Shown here in pieces: positions 9,151-19,682 of a stretch of 47,670 bases of DNA; positions within the stretch are counted from its first letter, which is position 1; each line of letters starts with the position of its first letter. Under the pieces are notes generated by a model. That model did no database searches, was not told the origin of the DNA, and saw nothing but the letters and a program-made list of their open reading frames with translations. Origin of the DNA: an uncultured Sulfurospirillum sp. (GTDB lineage Bacteria; Campylobacterota; Campylobacteria; Campylobacterales; Sulfurospirillaceae); assembly GCA_964642805.1 (NCBI GenBank), contig CAZXOZ010000001.1, forward strand, positions 1 to 47,670. Direction: 5' to 3'. A program made the translations under genes and the position numbers.

Positions 9151-9908
9151 TAACTGAAATAATTTTATTGGCTTTTATTGGTTTAAGTGTGGGCTCTTTT
9201 TTAAATGTAGTTATCATAAGAGTTCCAAAAGGTGAGGGAATCTCTCTACCTGCATCACACTGCGTGACATGCAAGCACCCTTTAAGGTGGTATCACAATA
9301 TACCCCTCTTCTCTTGGCTCTTACTTGGTGGCAAATGTGCATTTTGTAAAAAGAAAATCTCTATTCAATATCCTATTGTTGAGATATTGACTGCTCTTAT
9401 CTTTGTATCGACCCTGATTAAGGTTGATACTATGTTTAGTGCTCTTGCTTACTCTACTCTCTTTTCAATGCTACTTGCACTTAGTATTATTGATTTGAAA
9501 TACAAAGCTGTTCCTGATAGCATAAGCCTGCCTGCATTTTTACTCTCTATTTTCATAATCGACTTTGGAGCTATATCAATTCTTGGAGATTTTCTTAGTT
9601 CACTCAATGCCTCTCTTGTGCTTGCTGGTGGATTTGCACTTCTTAGGATGATTATGTCTTGGATTATTAAAAAAGAGGCAATGGGCGAAGCTGATATTAT
9701 CATAGCGGGCATCATTGGTGCAACTGTAGGGATTGAGCTTGGTCTTACTGCTATATACATCTCAGCACTTATAGCAATACTGGCCTTTATGATAGTGTCT
9801 AAAAAGGGGTATGAGCTACCTTTTATACCATTTTTAACACTTGGACTATATCTAACTTGGCTGTTTTCCCCACAAGTCACTAGACTACTAGAGATGATTT
9901 ATGGGTAG
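9147..9908 (+). CDS. Prepilin peptidase (A24, PilD-like)
   Basis: GSFLNVVI.R, two CxxC (SHCVTC, KCAFC), MGEAD, LPFIPFL. Confidence 0.92.
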   Translation: MITEIILLAFIGLSVGSFLNVVIIRVPKGEGISLPASHCVTCKHPLRWYHNIPLFSWLLLGGKCAFCKKKISIQYPIVEILTALIFVSTLIKVDTMFSALAYSTLFSMLLALSIIDLKYKAVPDSISLPAFLLSIFIIDFGAISILGDFLSSLNASLVLAGGFALLRMIMSWIIKKEAMGEADIIIAGIIGATVGIELGLTAIYISALIAILAFMIVSKKGYELPFIPFLTLGLYLTWLFSPQVTRLLEMIYG

Positions 9909-10926
9909 GGTCAATGAGTATCTATTAAAACATTTTGCATCTTTGTTTGCATCTTTGTTTTTTACACTCTTTTTTATAACTTCAATCATTTTTTTTATTA
10001 AAATTGCAAGCATAACAGCCATAATTAAGATAAACTTTTATGAACTAGGGCTTCTTTACATCTATCTTCTACCAAATATACTAATCTACACTCTTCCTGT
10101 TACATTTTTTGTTGCCCTATGCATATCTCTGTTTAATCTCTCAAAAGAGAATGAGATTATAGTGCTTTTTACACTTGGATATAAGCCTAAAAAAATTGCA
10201 AAACTTTTTATCGTAGTCTCATCTTTGCTCTCTACTCTTTTGATAGTAAATATCATACTGCTTATACCAACAGCTGAACAGCTCAATGACAACTTTATAG
10301 ACTACAAAAAAGCAGAAGCAAAGTTCAACATAAAACCAACACAGACAGGACAAAGATTTTCTGATTGGCTAGTCTATCTTGACCAGAGTGATGAAAAAGA
10401 TAAGTATAGTGGCATAGTAATGCATCAAGCACAAACCCCAGAAAATACAGAAAAAATCATAATTGCTAAAAATGCTAACATTAGCAGTGATGGTGGCACA
10501 CTAAGACTCAAGCTTGACAACGGAAAAGCCTTTGAAATTTCTCCAAAAAAGATAGAGCAAATTGACTTTGAAAAAATGTACCTAAAAAGCAAATCAAAAA
10601 GTGAAATAAGCAAAGTAGAGGGCATAGTCTCCTACTGGAAACTAACACTAACAGATAAAGAGGAAGCCTATGATCTCGCCTTTTTACTACTTATAGCACT
10701 CTTTCCGGTCTCGACAGTTCTGTTTGCTATAAGTATTGGTATTGTAACTTATAGATACGAAAGAAGTGGTATATATATCCCCATGATCGCTGTTATAGCT
10801 GGATATCTTGCACCAGGGTTTATCCTAGTGGAGTATGCAAACCTACCAGCTCTATTGATTGTTTTTTTGATTAGCATGACTGTCTCCTATCTATTTTATA
10901 GACAAAAAATAGCCTTGAGATACTAA
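9901..10926 (+). CDS. LptF/LptG-family LPS export permease
   Basis: 3 TM + periplasmic domain + 3 TM; LSKENEIIVLFTLG motif. Confidence 0.85.
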   Translation: MGRVNEYLLKHFASLFASLFFTLFFITSIIFFIKIASITAIIKINFYELGLLYIYLLPNILIYTLPVTFFVALCISLFNLSKENEIIVLFTLGYKPKKIAKLFIVVSSLLSTLLIVNIILLIPTAEQLNDNFIDYKKAEAKFNIKPTQTGQRFSDWLVYLDQSDEKDKYSGIVMHQAQTPENTEKIIIAKNANISSDGGTLRLKLDNGKAFEISPKKIEQIDFEKMYLKSKSKSEISKVEGIVSYWKLTLTDKEEAYDLAFLLLIALFPVSTVLFAISIGIVTYRYERSGIYIPMIAVIAGYLAPGFILVEYANLPALLIVFLISMTVSYLFYRQKIALRY

Positions 10927-11660
10927 TGAGTAGAGTAAAAGTTACTCTTAGTTATGACGGAAGTAGATTTAATGGCTTTCAAATCCAAAATAACTCCCAA
11001 AAAGTAACCACTATCGCTGGAGATATAACAAAGGCACTTAAATCACTACATATAAATACTAATCTTGTAGCTAGCGGGAGAACAGATGGAGGTGTTCATG
11101 CAACAGCTCAAGTTTTTCACTGTGAATTGCCAAAGTTTTGGAGTGATTTAAGAAAACTAAAAGATGAATTAAATCGCCTTATTGAGCCAAATATCTATAT
11201 CAAAAATATTGAATCTGTAGATAGAGATTTTCATGCAAGGTTTAGTGCTAAAAAAAGGCTCTATAGATATGTGATTTATAGTGGAGAATACCAACCTTTT
11301 TTATCTAGCTATGCTCTGCATGTACGAAATATTGATACAAAAAAACTTGACTCAATTTTAAAAAATTTTACAGGAGTACATAACTTCAAAAACTTCAAAA
11401 AACAAGGAAACACTACAAACTCAGACATAAGAGAAATCTTCAAAACAGGAGCATATAGCTATAACAATATGACCATAATCTACTTTTTAGGTAGCTCTTT
11501 TCTAAGAAGCCAAGTACGAATGATGTGTAGCTTTGCTATAAAAATTATGGATAAAAAACTTACATGCGAAGAGTTAGATAAACAGCTAAATAGCTGCAAA
11601 AAATACTCAACAGGAGTAGCTCCTTCAAGTGGACTATACTTAGCTAAAGTTTACTACTAA
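10926..11660 (+). CDS. truA: tRNA pseudouridine(38-40) synthase
   Basis: SYDGSRFNGFQ, SGRTDGGVHA, FHARFSA, FLRSQVR. Confidence 0.96.
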   Translation: MSRVKVTLSYDGSRFNGFQIQNNSQKVTTIAGDITKALKSLHINTNLVASGRTDGGVHATAQVFHCELPKFWSDLRKLKDELNRLIEPNIYIKNIESVDRDFHARFSAKKRLYRYVIYSGEYQPFLSSYALHVRNIDTKKLDSILKNFTGVHNFKNFKKQGNTTNSDIREIFKTGAYSYNNMTIIYFLGSSFLRSQVRMMCSFAIKIMDKKLTCEELDKQLNSCKKYSTGVAPSSGLYLAKVYY

Positions 11661-11664
11661 TAGG

Positions 11665-12018
11665 TTAAGCCAGAATTATAGACACCCAAACAACGATAGC
11701 TAAAATATCACTAAGCAAAACGATACAACTACCAATATCCTTAGCTCGTTTCGCCATATCATGGTACTCAGTTGTTACAAGGTCTACCACTCTTTCTATA
11801 GCACTATTTATCGCTTCTGCTATCAAAACTCCCATTATTGATGCAAAAAGCAGTAGTTTTTCAACTAAAGATACCTCTATGAAAATTATAACGGGTATCA
11901 AAATAGCAAAGATTACGAGCTCTATCCTAAAAGACTTCTCATTTTTAACAATATCTTTTAAGCCATTAAAAGAGTAGATGATATTTTTCAACAAGCCAAA
12001 TTTTGGTTGATTTCTCAT
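11665..12018 (-). CDS. dgkA: Diacylglycerol kinase
   Basis: EAINSAIERVVD, AKRAKDIGS. Confidence 0.93.
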   Translation of the reverse strand: MRNQPKFGLLKNIIYSFNGLKDIVKNEKSFRIELVIFAILIPVIIFIEVSLVEKLLLFASIMGVLIAEAINSAIERVVDLVTTEYHDMAKRAKDIGSCIVLLSDILAIVVWVSIILA

Positions 12019-12792
12019 CTAGTAGATCATCGCACTATAGTAGCCAACAACACTGCCCATATCACCTGTTGTATCGCCACTTGTTCTGTAGTCTAGACTC
12101 ATTGCATGTAGACCTAGTTTTTTGCTGACATATAGAAGTGAGACTACTCCTTGCATGCCACATGCTTCGCCCTTTTTTAGTAACTCAATATCGAAAGTCT
12201 CAACACCTTTGATGCAGTTTCTATCGATCTGATTTGCTTTTTCTTGATTATGAAAGTGACTTAAATCTGTGCTTATCAAAAGAAGTGTATCCTTGCTCAT
12301 AAGTGCTTCTTTGATAACTCCATCTAAATTTGCATTTTGTCCATAAATAAGCTCAACTAGAGTTGCTTTTGGAAAATAGTGTTTTATAAAAGGAAATTGC
12401 ACCTCTGTACTATGCTCTTGATGCTCAACTTCACAAAAGTCAAAATCTCTCCTCAAGGAGCTCATATAGCCTCTATCACTCTCAATGCTTCCAAGTGGGG
12501 TCTCATAAAAATCATACTCTACTAGGCTAACTCCACTAAAGGATACTCTATGACTAGGACCTATGAGAACAACTCTTTTGGGGGCGGTTTTGATATTGCG
12601 GTAGGCTAGATTTGCACTAAAACCGCTGTACATGTAGCCAGCATGTGGGACTATTAATGCTTTTACATCTTTATTATATATACTCTTTGTAAAATTGTTG
12701 TCAACTAGGTCATTGAAATAGCTAAATGAAGAGATTATCTCATCAGAGTTATCAGGGTAAAAAGTTCCTACTGCACTCATCTTACGCCTCAA
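12019..12792 (-). CDS. amrB: AmmeMemoRadiSam system protein B (MEMO1 family)
   Basis: GTFYP, PHAGYMYSG, GPSH, EHSTEVQFPF, STDLSHF, ACG, VVGY; probable TTG start near 12792 after GGAGAG. Confidence 0.9.
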   Translation of the reverse strand: MRRKMSAVGTFYPDNSDEIISSFSYFNDLVDNNFTKSIYNKDVKALIVPHAGYMYSGFSANLAYRNIKTAPKRVVLIGPSHRVSFSGVSLVEYDFYETPLGSIESDRGYMSSLRRDFDFCEVEHQEHSTEVQFPFIKHYFPKATLVELIYGQNANLDGVIKEALMSKDTLLLISTDLSHFHNQEKANQIDRNCIKGVETFDIELLKKGEACGMQGVVSLLYVSKKLGLHAMSLDYRTSGDTTGDMGSVVGYYSAMIY

Positions 12793-14005
12793 CAAGCTCT
12801 CCGTCCTTAAACACCTCTTTAACCTCTCCATAAAGAGTATCTCCATCGTAAAGTGAGGTTTTGTCTTTGATAACTCTTGAGATTTTTTCGTCAAATATCA
12901 CCATATCTGCCCTGAATCCGACTTCAATTTTACCTATATCCTCTTGCTCAATTATTTGAGCTGGATTAAGTGAGCATAGCTCCATAAGTCTTTGCATGTC
13001 TATATCTCTACTTTTCACAAGATGGGTGTAGCACAAAGAGAGATACTCCTCAAGAGAGCCTATACCAAATTCAGCATTCTCAAAAGCGACATCTTTATAG
13101 CTTACAGATTTTGGAGAGTGTGCGCTTGTTAAAATATCGACATTGCCAAGAACAAGCTCGTTCATCATAGCTCTTCTCTCGTCCTCATCTCTTAAGGGCG
13201 GTAAAATTTTAGCATAGGTATTAAACCCATCACAAGCATCTTCAGTTTTACAAAGATGATGAATTGAGAGCTCACTAAAGATATTTTTATTGGTCTTTTT
13301 AATCTCTCTCACTATATTAATTGAGCGTTTTGTAGAGAGTGATTGAAAGATGATTTTCGTATTGTTTATAAGTGAAAGTTCAGCAATCTTTGCAACTTCA
13401 GAGTTTTCTGACACCTTTGAAATACCACAAAGCCCAAGCTTAAAGGAGAGTTCACCCTCATTCATAACTCCATTATCATCTAGGTTTTCATCATAACATC
13501 TACAAAAAATTGGAGCTTGTTTCATTCTAGCATACTGAAAGCCTCTTTTCAATATGTTTGCATTACAAGATGATATTGTCCATATAGCGGATGCTCCGTT
13601 GTTGAGAAGTGTTGCTATATTGTTTAGTCTTGTCTGATTCTCATCTTCTAGAGGTGCACCAACATGTAGATCACACTCCTCTTTTTGAGCTTTTATCTTA
13701 AAGTGCTCTAGTAGAGTTGAGTTGTCAAGCCTAGGGGTAAAATCTGGCATAATTAGGCTTGTTGTAACTCCCCCCTTTAGAGCTGATTTTGTCAATTTTT
13801 TTAGTGAATCTCGATTTAGCACAGAGTTTGCCAATCTTACATTTAAATCAACCAAGCCAGCCAATAAAAAACGCTCTTTTGCATCAAAAACTTTTAAGCC
13901 TTTTTCAGGCTTAATCCTATCTTCAACTACCTCTATCCTGCCATCTCTAATTAAAATATCTTTTATTTTTAAATTTGCCAATTTTGCATTTTTAATCAAT
14001 AGCAT
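12782..14005 (-). CDS. Dihydroorotase-like protein (PyrC', probably inactive)
   Basis: Amidohydrolase motifs GGVTT, K..PPLR, G.I.VG..AD; the metal-binding DxHxH position reads DLNVR. Confidence 0.85.
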   Translation of the reverse strand: MLLIKNAKLANLKIKDILIRDGRIEVVEDRIKPEKGLKVFDAKERFLLAGLVDLNVRLANSVLNRDSLKKLTKSALKGGVTTSLIMPDFTPRLDNSTLLEHFKIKAQKEECDLHVGAPLEDENQTRLNNIATLLNNGASAIWTISSCNANILKRGFQYARMKQAPIFCRCYDENLDDNGVMNEGELSFKLGLCGISKVSENSEVAKIAELSLINNTKIIFQSLSTKRSINIVREIKKTNKNIFSELSIHHLCKTEDACDGFNTYAKILPPLRDEDERRAMMNELVLGNVDILTSAHSPKSVSYKDVAFENAEFGIGSLEEYLSLCYTHLVKSRDIDMQRLMELCSLNPAQIIEQEDIGKIEVGFRADMVIFDEKISRVIKDKTSLYDGDTLYGEVKEVFKDGELVEA

Positions 14006-15062
14006 TTTTAAGCCTTACAATTCTCTTATATGAATCCTCAATCTCGTTCTTATCTATCCTGCCATCTTTTATAGCTTGATTTATAATCCTAGTAACTTCA
14101 CTGACAACACTAGATTTTTCTATAAAATAGCTTGAAAAAACAAGTACATCAACGCCAGCATTTATAGCTAAAACTATGCTTTGCTCAAAACCATACTCAT
14201 CGGCTATAGCTCTCATGTGCATATCGTCGCTAAAAACAACTCCATCAAATCCCAGTTTATCTCTTAAAATCCCTTTTATTATTTTTTTAGATAGAGATGC
14301 TGGGTATATTTTATCGAACCTATCAAGAGTTATATGTCCGACCATAATAGAATCTGCTTTTTGATGCTTAATAAAATCAAAATATGGCTTTAGCTCTCTA
14401 AACTCCCAAGTATCGCTTACATCTGTTAGCTCTTTATGAGAGTCACTCAAAGCACTCCCATGCCCTGGAAAGTGTTTAAGTACGCTTATGATTCCAGTAT
14501 CCTTGTGGGCTCTTAAAAACTCTGCACTATAGGCTATCACTATCTCTTCTTGAGATGAAAAACTTCTCTTTTTTGCTCCTATTGCTGGTGAATTTGGATT
14601 GATATTTAAATCTACTACGGGAGCAAAGTTTATGTTAAAACCATAGTGTTTTAACTCCTCTGCCATCTTTTTATATATCTCATAGCTCTCTAAAAGTGTC
14701 ATGTTTCTTGAGACTTCAAAAGCTGATGGGTATGAGCTAAATCCATTTTTCAAACTCAATCTTTGAACCTCATCGCCCTCTTGATCAACAGCGATAAAAG
14801 GAGGATGTTTTGAACGAGCGGATGACAAAAAAGAGGTAAGTTTTTTTAGCTGTTGCGGACTCTCTATATTGTTTGTAAACAAGATTATTCCACCAACACT
14901 ACCCTTTTTTATGTCTAACCTAGCTTGTTTTACCCACTTGTCATCCACGCTAGTTCCAGCAACTCCCACTAAAATCATCTGCCCTATCATCTCTTTTAAG
15001 GTTGAGCTATTTGCTTGTAAATATGAAATTGTAAAAAGTAGAACTAAAAAGTACCTCATCAT
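13992..15062 (-). CDS. nagZ: GH3 beta-N-acetylhexosaminidase with signal peptide
   Basis: VDQEG, NFAPVVD, KHFPGHG...DSH, FSDDM. Confidence 0.88.
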   Translation of the reverse strand: MMRYFLVLLFTISYLQANSSTLKEMIGQMILVGVAGTSVDDKWVKQARLDIKKGSVGGIILFTNNIESPQQLKKLTSFLSSARSKHPPFIAVDQEGDEVQRLSLKNGFSSYPSAFEVSRNMTLLESYEIYKKMAEELKHYGFNINFAPVVDLNINPNSPAIGAKKRSFSSQEEIVIAYSAEFLRAHKDTGIISVLKHFPGHGSALSDSHKELTDVSDTWEFRELKPYFDFIKHQKADSIMVGHITLDRFDKIYPASLSKKIIKGILRDKLGFDGVVFSDDMHMRAIADEYGFEQSIVLAINAGVDVLVFSSYFIEKSSVVSEVTRIINQAIKDGRIDKNEIEDSYKRIVRLKNAID

Positions 15063-15943
15063 GCCAGTAGGTCTCTTAGACTTTTTTTTGGAGGCTTCCC
15101 CTTTAGCACAAGTGCTACCTCATCTGCTATAGGAGTATAGATATCGTGTTTTTTTGATAACTCTAAAATAGCCTCGGTAGTAAAGACCCCTTCTGCTACC
15201 TCGCCTAACTCCTCTAAAGTCTGAGCTAAACTCTTGTTATTTGCCAATGAAAATCCAACTCTATAGTTACGAGAGAGTGGACTTGAAGCTGTCAAAAATA
15301 GATCCCCCGCACCACTTAGACCTAAAAATGTCTCATCATCTGCACCAAAAAACTTTCCAAATCTTCTTATTTCAATCAATCCGCGAGAGATTAGGCTTGC
15401 TCTTGCATTGTTTCCAAGCTCCAAGCCATCACAAATCCCACTAGCTATCGCCAATACATTCTTATATGCCCCACAAATCTCAGCCCCTACAACATCGCTT
15501 GAAGTGTATGTTTTTATAAAATCTGGAAAAAAAGAGGCAAACTTCTGTGCAACCTCAATATCAAAAGAGTTTATAACTACACATGTTGGAAGAGACTTCA
15601 TAACCTCTACTGCAAATGATGGCCCAGAGAGAAATGCTAGTTTTTCTGCTGGAACAAAGTCTTTGTAGATATCATTTAAAAAAGCACCTGTTCCTTGCTC
15701 TATGCCTTTAGCTGCGACCAATATCTTTTGGTTATCATATCTAAAATTTTCTTCTAGCCAAGCTCTAACAATCTGCGTCGGAAGAGCGATTATAAGATAT
15801 TCGCACTCTAGCACCTCTTTGATTGTTGCAAAGTTTTCTATATCTCTGCTTGTTCTAGAGCCAATCATGCATGAGTGATTTCTACTTATAGCAAAGTGTA
15901 GAGCTTGTCCCCATTTTCCTGCTCCAACTACTGCTAAGCTCAT
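15059..15943 (-). CDS. gpsA: NAD(P)H-dependent glycerol-3-phosphate dehydrogenase
   Basis: GAGKWG, SGPSFA, GAYKNV, GDLFLT, SRNYRVG. Confidence 0.96.
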   Translation of the reverse strand: MSLAVVGAGKWGQALHFAISRNHSCMIGSRTSRDIENFATIKEVLECEYLIIALPTQIVRAWLEENFRYDNQKILVAAKGIEQGTGAFLNDIYKDFVPAEKLAFLSGPSFAVEVMKSLPTCVVINSFDIEVAQKFASFFPDFIKTYTSSDVVGAEICGAYKNVLAIASGICDGLELGNNARASLISRGLIEIRRFGKFFGADDETFLGLSGAGDLFLTASSPLSRNYRVGFSLANNKSLAQTLEELGEVAEGVFTTEAILELSKKHDIYTPIADEVALVLKGKPPKKSLRDLLA

Positions 15944-17374
15944 CTAGGAGAGTCTCATTTTCAATAGCTCATTCACTTTAGCTGGGTTTGCAGTGCCTTT
16001 GCTCGCTTTCATAGTCTGCCCTACAAAAAATCCAAATAGCTTATCTTTTCCACCTTTTTTGTACTGCTCAACCTTATCGCCGTTTTTAGCTATAATCTCG
16101 TCAATAAGCTCCAAGATTGCTCCATCATCGCTAACCTGCTTCAATCCTAGCTTCTCTATCGCCTCATCTACCTCTATGCTATTTTGCATCAAAAAATCTA
16201 AGACCTCTTTTGCCGCTTTTGCACTAATAGTACTATCCTCTATCCGCTTTACAAGTGAGCCTAGTTTTTTTGCATCAACTGGAGAGCTTAAAATACTCTT
16301 ACCGCCATTAAAACGACCTTGTAGCTCAACGGTAAGCCAAACAACACTCATCTTCGCACCCGCTCCAACTCCTATCATCTTTTCAAAAAAATGTGCCATC
16401 TCAACTGAGCCTACAAGAACGGTAGCATCATACTCCTTTATGCCATACTCATCTACAAATCTCTTTCTCTTCTCATCTGGAAGTTCTGGAATTTTTTTGC
16501 ACTCCTCCATCATATCATCTGGTATAATAACTGGCAGTAAGTCTGGGTCAGGAAAGTATCTATACTCCGCACTATCCTCTTTGCCTCTCATACTTCTTGT
16601 CTCATTTCTCTCTACACTATAAAGTCTTGTCTCTTGCACAACCTCTTTATCATAGACTCCATCTTCCCAAGCTTCACTTTGACGAACAATCTCATACTCA
16701 ATAGCCTTTTGAATAAACTTAAATGAGTTTAGATTTTTTATCTCCGCTCTTGTATAGAGTTTGCTATCTCCAAAAGGGCGAATAGAGATATTGACATCGC
16801 ATCTAAAGCTCCCCTCTTGCATGTTCGCATCACTGATATTGAGATACCTTAAAATAGCATGTACCTTTTTCAAATACCGCAATGCTTCATCAGCACTTCT
16901 CATATCAGGCTCACTTACAATCTCTAGCAAAGGAGTTCCTGCACGGTTTAAATCAACATGGCTCTCGCTTCCGTGATGGTTGTTTTTGCCTGCATCCTCT
17001 TCTAAGTGTGCTCTTGTAATTCCTATGCGTTTTGTGGTTCCATCATCAAACTCTATATCTATCTCTCCACCCTCGACTATAGGAATCTCAAACTGACTTA
17101 TCTGATAGCCTTTTGGCAGATCTGGGTAGAAGTAATTTTTTCTATTGAAGATAGATTTCTTATGTACCGTTGCACCAACTGCTGTGCCAAATGCGATAGA
17201 TTTTTTAACTACCTCTTTATTTAAGACAGGAAGAGCTCCAGGAAGAGCTAAGCATACTGGACATACATTTGTGTTTGGCTCATCTCCAAAGCTTGTAGGA
17301 CATGAGCAAAATATCTTTGTTTTTGTATTTAACTGTGTATGAACCTCAAGCCCTATTACCACTTCAAATTTCAT
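15944..17374 (-). CDS. gatB: Asp-tRNA(Asn)/Glu-tRNA(Gln) amidotransferase subunit B
   Basis: [38 protein letters not shown]. Confidence 0.98.
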   Translation of the reverse strand: MKFEVVIGLEVHTQLNTKTKIFCSCPTSFGDEPNTNVCPVCLALPGALPVLNKEVVKKSIAFGTAVGATVHKKSIFNRKNYFYPDLPKGYQISQFEIPIVEGGEIDIEFDDGTTKRIGITRAHLEEDAGKNNHHGSESHVDLNRAGTPLLEIVSEPDMRSADEALRYLKKVHAILRYLNISDANMQEGSFRCDVNISIRPFGDSKLYTRAEIKNLNSFKFIQKAIEYEIVRQSEAWEDGVYDKEVVQETRLYSVERNETRSMRGKEDSAEYRYFPDPDLLPVIIPDDMMEECKKIPELPDEKRKRFVDEYGIKEYDATVLVGSVEMAHFFEKMIGVGAGAKMSVVWLTVELQGRFNGGKSILSSPVDAKKLGSLVKRIEDSTISAKAAKEVLDFLMQNSIEVDEAIEKLGLKQVSDDGAILELIDEIIAKNGDKVEQYKKGGKDKLFGFFVGQTMKASKGTANPAKVNELLKMRLS

Positions 17375-17924
17375 CTAATCGACCTTTTTTTACAAAATAT
17401 CTAATCGAGGCAAAACCATAAACACCTGTTTTTTTACAAGCTAAAATCTGTTCATCCTCTACAACTCCGCCTAGAGCGAAACACTCTATATCTATTTTAT
17501 CATTTATTTCTTTTAACTTCACTAAACCTACTGGCTGAGCTTTATTTGGAGTCTCAAAAATAGGAGAGTATGTAATAAAATCAGCGCCTAAGCTCTGTGC
17601 ATGTAGAGCCTCTTTTAGACTGTGAGTTGATACTACTACATGTAGACCCAATTTTTTAGCTTTTTTTATACTTTTAGAGTGAGTTGAGGAAAAATGAACA
17701 CCATAAAAACTTAACTCGCTAGCTAGTCTAAAATCTGTATGTAAAAAAGATTTTATATCTATCTTTTTTAGCTCTACCGCCAAATCTCTATAGTTATTCG
17801 TCTCCTTATCTCTTAAGCAGATAAAATCTGGAGCAATGCTATCTACTACATGTAGAAGTTTTTTAAAAAATATCTTTGGGGCTGATGTGTAGTACAGTGG
17901 GTCAGTTATTAGATATTTTTTCAT
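17364..17924 (-). CDS. Thiamine phosphate synthase / TenI-family protein
   Basis: [26 protein letters not shown]. Confidence 0.8.
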   Translation of the reverse strand: MKKYLITDPLYYTSAPKIFFKKLLHVVDSIAPDFICLRDKETNNYRDLAVELKKIDIKSFLHTDFRLASELSFYGVHFSSTHSKSIKKAKKLGLHVVVSTHSLKEALHAQSLGADFITYSPIFETPNKAQPVGLVKLKEINDKIDIECFALGGVVEDEQILACKKTGVYGFASIRYFVKKGRLDEI

Positions 17925-18189
17925 CCAAAAGTTTCTCTAGTAGTTTAGTCTGTTTTTTCATCTCTTCAAGCTTTTCACTCTGCTGATGAGCTATCCCAAA
18001 AATAACCACAAAAAACAGCCCACCAAGAGATCCTATAAAAGCACCAACTATGGCTACAATAACACCAAAAGGGTGAAGAAAGATAAAAAAAGAAGTAGCA
18101 CCGACTACTGCAAGAGCCCAAGATGCCCCTTGCAAAAAACTTATCAGTTGTTCATAAGCACTACGCTTTTTGCTCTCTTTAGTGTTCAC
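17902..18189 (-). CDS. Small 2-TM hypothetical membrane protein
   Basis: Hydrophobic hairpin plus charged tail; overlaps atpB 3' end. Confidence 0.75.
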   Translation of the reverse strand: MNTKESKKRSAYEQLISFLQGASWALAVVGATSFFIFLHPFGVIVAIVGAFIGSLGGLFFVVIFGIAHQQSEKLEEMKKQTKLLEKLLDEKISNN

Positions 18190-18853
18190 TTGCTAATACT
18201 GCGCCAGCAAGATATACATAGGTCAAAATCATAAATATAAATGCTTGTAAAAATGACATAAAAGTTAAAAGAGTAAATGGTACCAATGGAGCTATAAAAG
18301 GGGCAAGTCCTAGCATAATAATCAAAAACATATCATCACCTTTGATTACACCAAAAAGACGAAATGAGAGAGATACAACTCTTGAGAGATGAGAGACTAC
18401 TTCGATAGGAAACATTATCGGAGCTAGTATCTTAACAGGACCCATAAAATGAGCTAGGTACTTGATGATACCATTTACCCTTATGCCTTCATAGTTATAG
18501 TAGATAAAAACTGTTACAGCTAAGATAATAGTCAGACTGATATTGCTTGTAGGGGAGTAAAATCCTGGAAAAACTCCAAAAATATTACAAAAGAAAACGA
18601 ATATTCCAATCGTTGCGACTAGTGGTAGATATTTTCTTGCTAATTCTCGACCAATAACATCTTTCCCTATATGGATAACACCTTCGAGATAAGCCTCCAT
18701 AACATTTTGTACACCCCTTGGAACTAGCTGCATAGATCTTGTAGCTAGTTTTGCTAAAATCAAAATGCCAATACCCACTATCAAAATATGAACTGCAATC
18801 ATGACTTTATAATCATGAACAACGAGCCCAACAAATGTAAATATTTCACCCAT
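18179..18853 (-). CDS. atpB: F0F1 ATP synthase subunit a
   Basis: [34 protein letters not shown]. Confidence 0.96.
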   Translation of the reverse strand: MGEIFTFVGLVVHDYKVMIAVHILIVGIGILILAKLATRSMQLVPRGVQNVMEAYLEGVIHIGKDVIGRELARKYLPLVATIGIFVFFCNIFGVFPGFYSPTSNISLTIILAVTVFIYYNYEGIRVNGIIKYLAHFMGPVKILAPIMFPIEVVSHLSRVVSLSFRLFGVIKGDDMFLIIMLGLAPFIAPLVPFTLLTFMSFLQAFIFMILTYVYLAGAVLASEH

Positions 18854-18953
18854 TACATTTTTCCTTCAAATTAATTTTTATGATTATACCTTGAACTCTT
18901 TTAATGCTTGATTAAATTGAACCCTCTGATTAGTTATCAAATTTTCAGAGAGT

Positions 18954-19682
18954 TCAATTCTCTTGCCCTAAGCGGTATAGTGCAAAATCAAACCTTATAG
19001 GGTCTTTATCGTCAATCTCTCTAAAAGATTGCGTCAACTCTAAAACTGCTTTGAAGTCATAGGTTTTTCTCTTTATGAGTCCTAGCTCTCTTCCTGTTTT
19101 AAAAGTATGAGTATCAAGTGGTGCTAAAAGATCTTTTTTGTCCACACTCTCCCAAAGCCCCATATCTAAACAATCAGACCTTACCATCCACCTAAGATAC
19201 ATGTGCCATCTCTTGTATGTAGATTTTGTCTTATTTGTGGGGATTTTTCCTATCAAAAACCCATATCCTCTTGAACGATATGAATTAAGGCTGTACATGT
19301 AGGATATGATAGAGCTTAAGCCCTCCATGACATCGGAATTTTTTCTATATCCCTCATAAAACTTGCTTTGTATTGATGTTGAGGATTTTAACAGTCTCAT
19401 AGTCTTAAAGAGCTCCTTTATATCTTGTGATGATTGAAATCTATAGTATAGACTAGGTTCTCTCTTTTTATTAGAGTCTAAAAGCTCGAAATCTAAGCTC
19501 TCTAGAAACTTTACTATTTGCCTTGCATTGCCATAAGCAAAAAGAGCACAAACTAGGGCGATATACTCATCACTATATCTTTTTGCAACCATCAATGGGT
19601 CTGGTCTATCTAGACTTAATTCGCTTAAACTATCTCTCGAATTTGCCTCTTTTATCAAAAGCTTTTGTATATCGCTAAGCAT
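18954..19682 (-). CDS. TIGR02757/DUF2400-family protein
   Basis: ALFAYG, KRWHMYLRWMVR, PLDTH, DPIRFDFAL. Confidence 0.88.
   Translation of the reverse strand: MLSDIQKLLIKEANSRDSLSELSLDRPDPLMVAKRYSDEYIALVCALFAYGNARQIVKFLESLDFELLDSNKKREPSLYYRFQSSQDIKELFKTMRLLKSSTSIQSKFYEGYRKNSDVMEGLSSIISYMYSLNSYRSRGYGFLIGKIPTNKTKSTYKRWHMYLRWMVRSDCLDMGLWESVDKKDLLAPLDTHTFKTGRELGLIKRKTYDFKAVLELTQSFREIDDKDPIRFDFALYRLGQEN

Noticed and set aside
9935-9958. Tandem 12-mer TTTGCATCTTTG x2
   Set aside because: In-frame FASL-FASL in a TM helix; too short to indicate a repeat system
12793-12894. N-terminal extension of the AmrB ORF
   Set aside because: Lies inside pyrC'; family similarity starts at RKMSAVGTFYP
15993-16622. 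209-aa plus-strand ORF and the many other antisense ORFs (e.g. 3741..4067, 9449..9880, 25545..25979, 26778..27182)
   Set aside because: Shadow frames of well-supported genes; no recognisable motifs
18179-18853. atpB separated from the atp operon
   Set aside because: Normal arrangement in Campylobacterota
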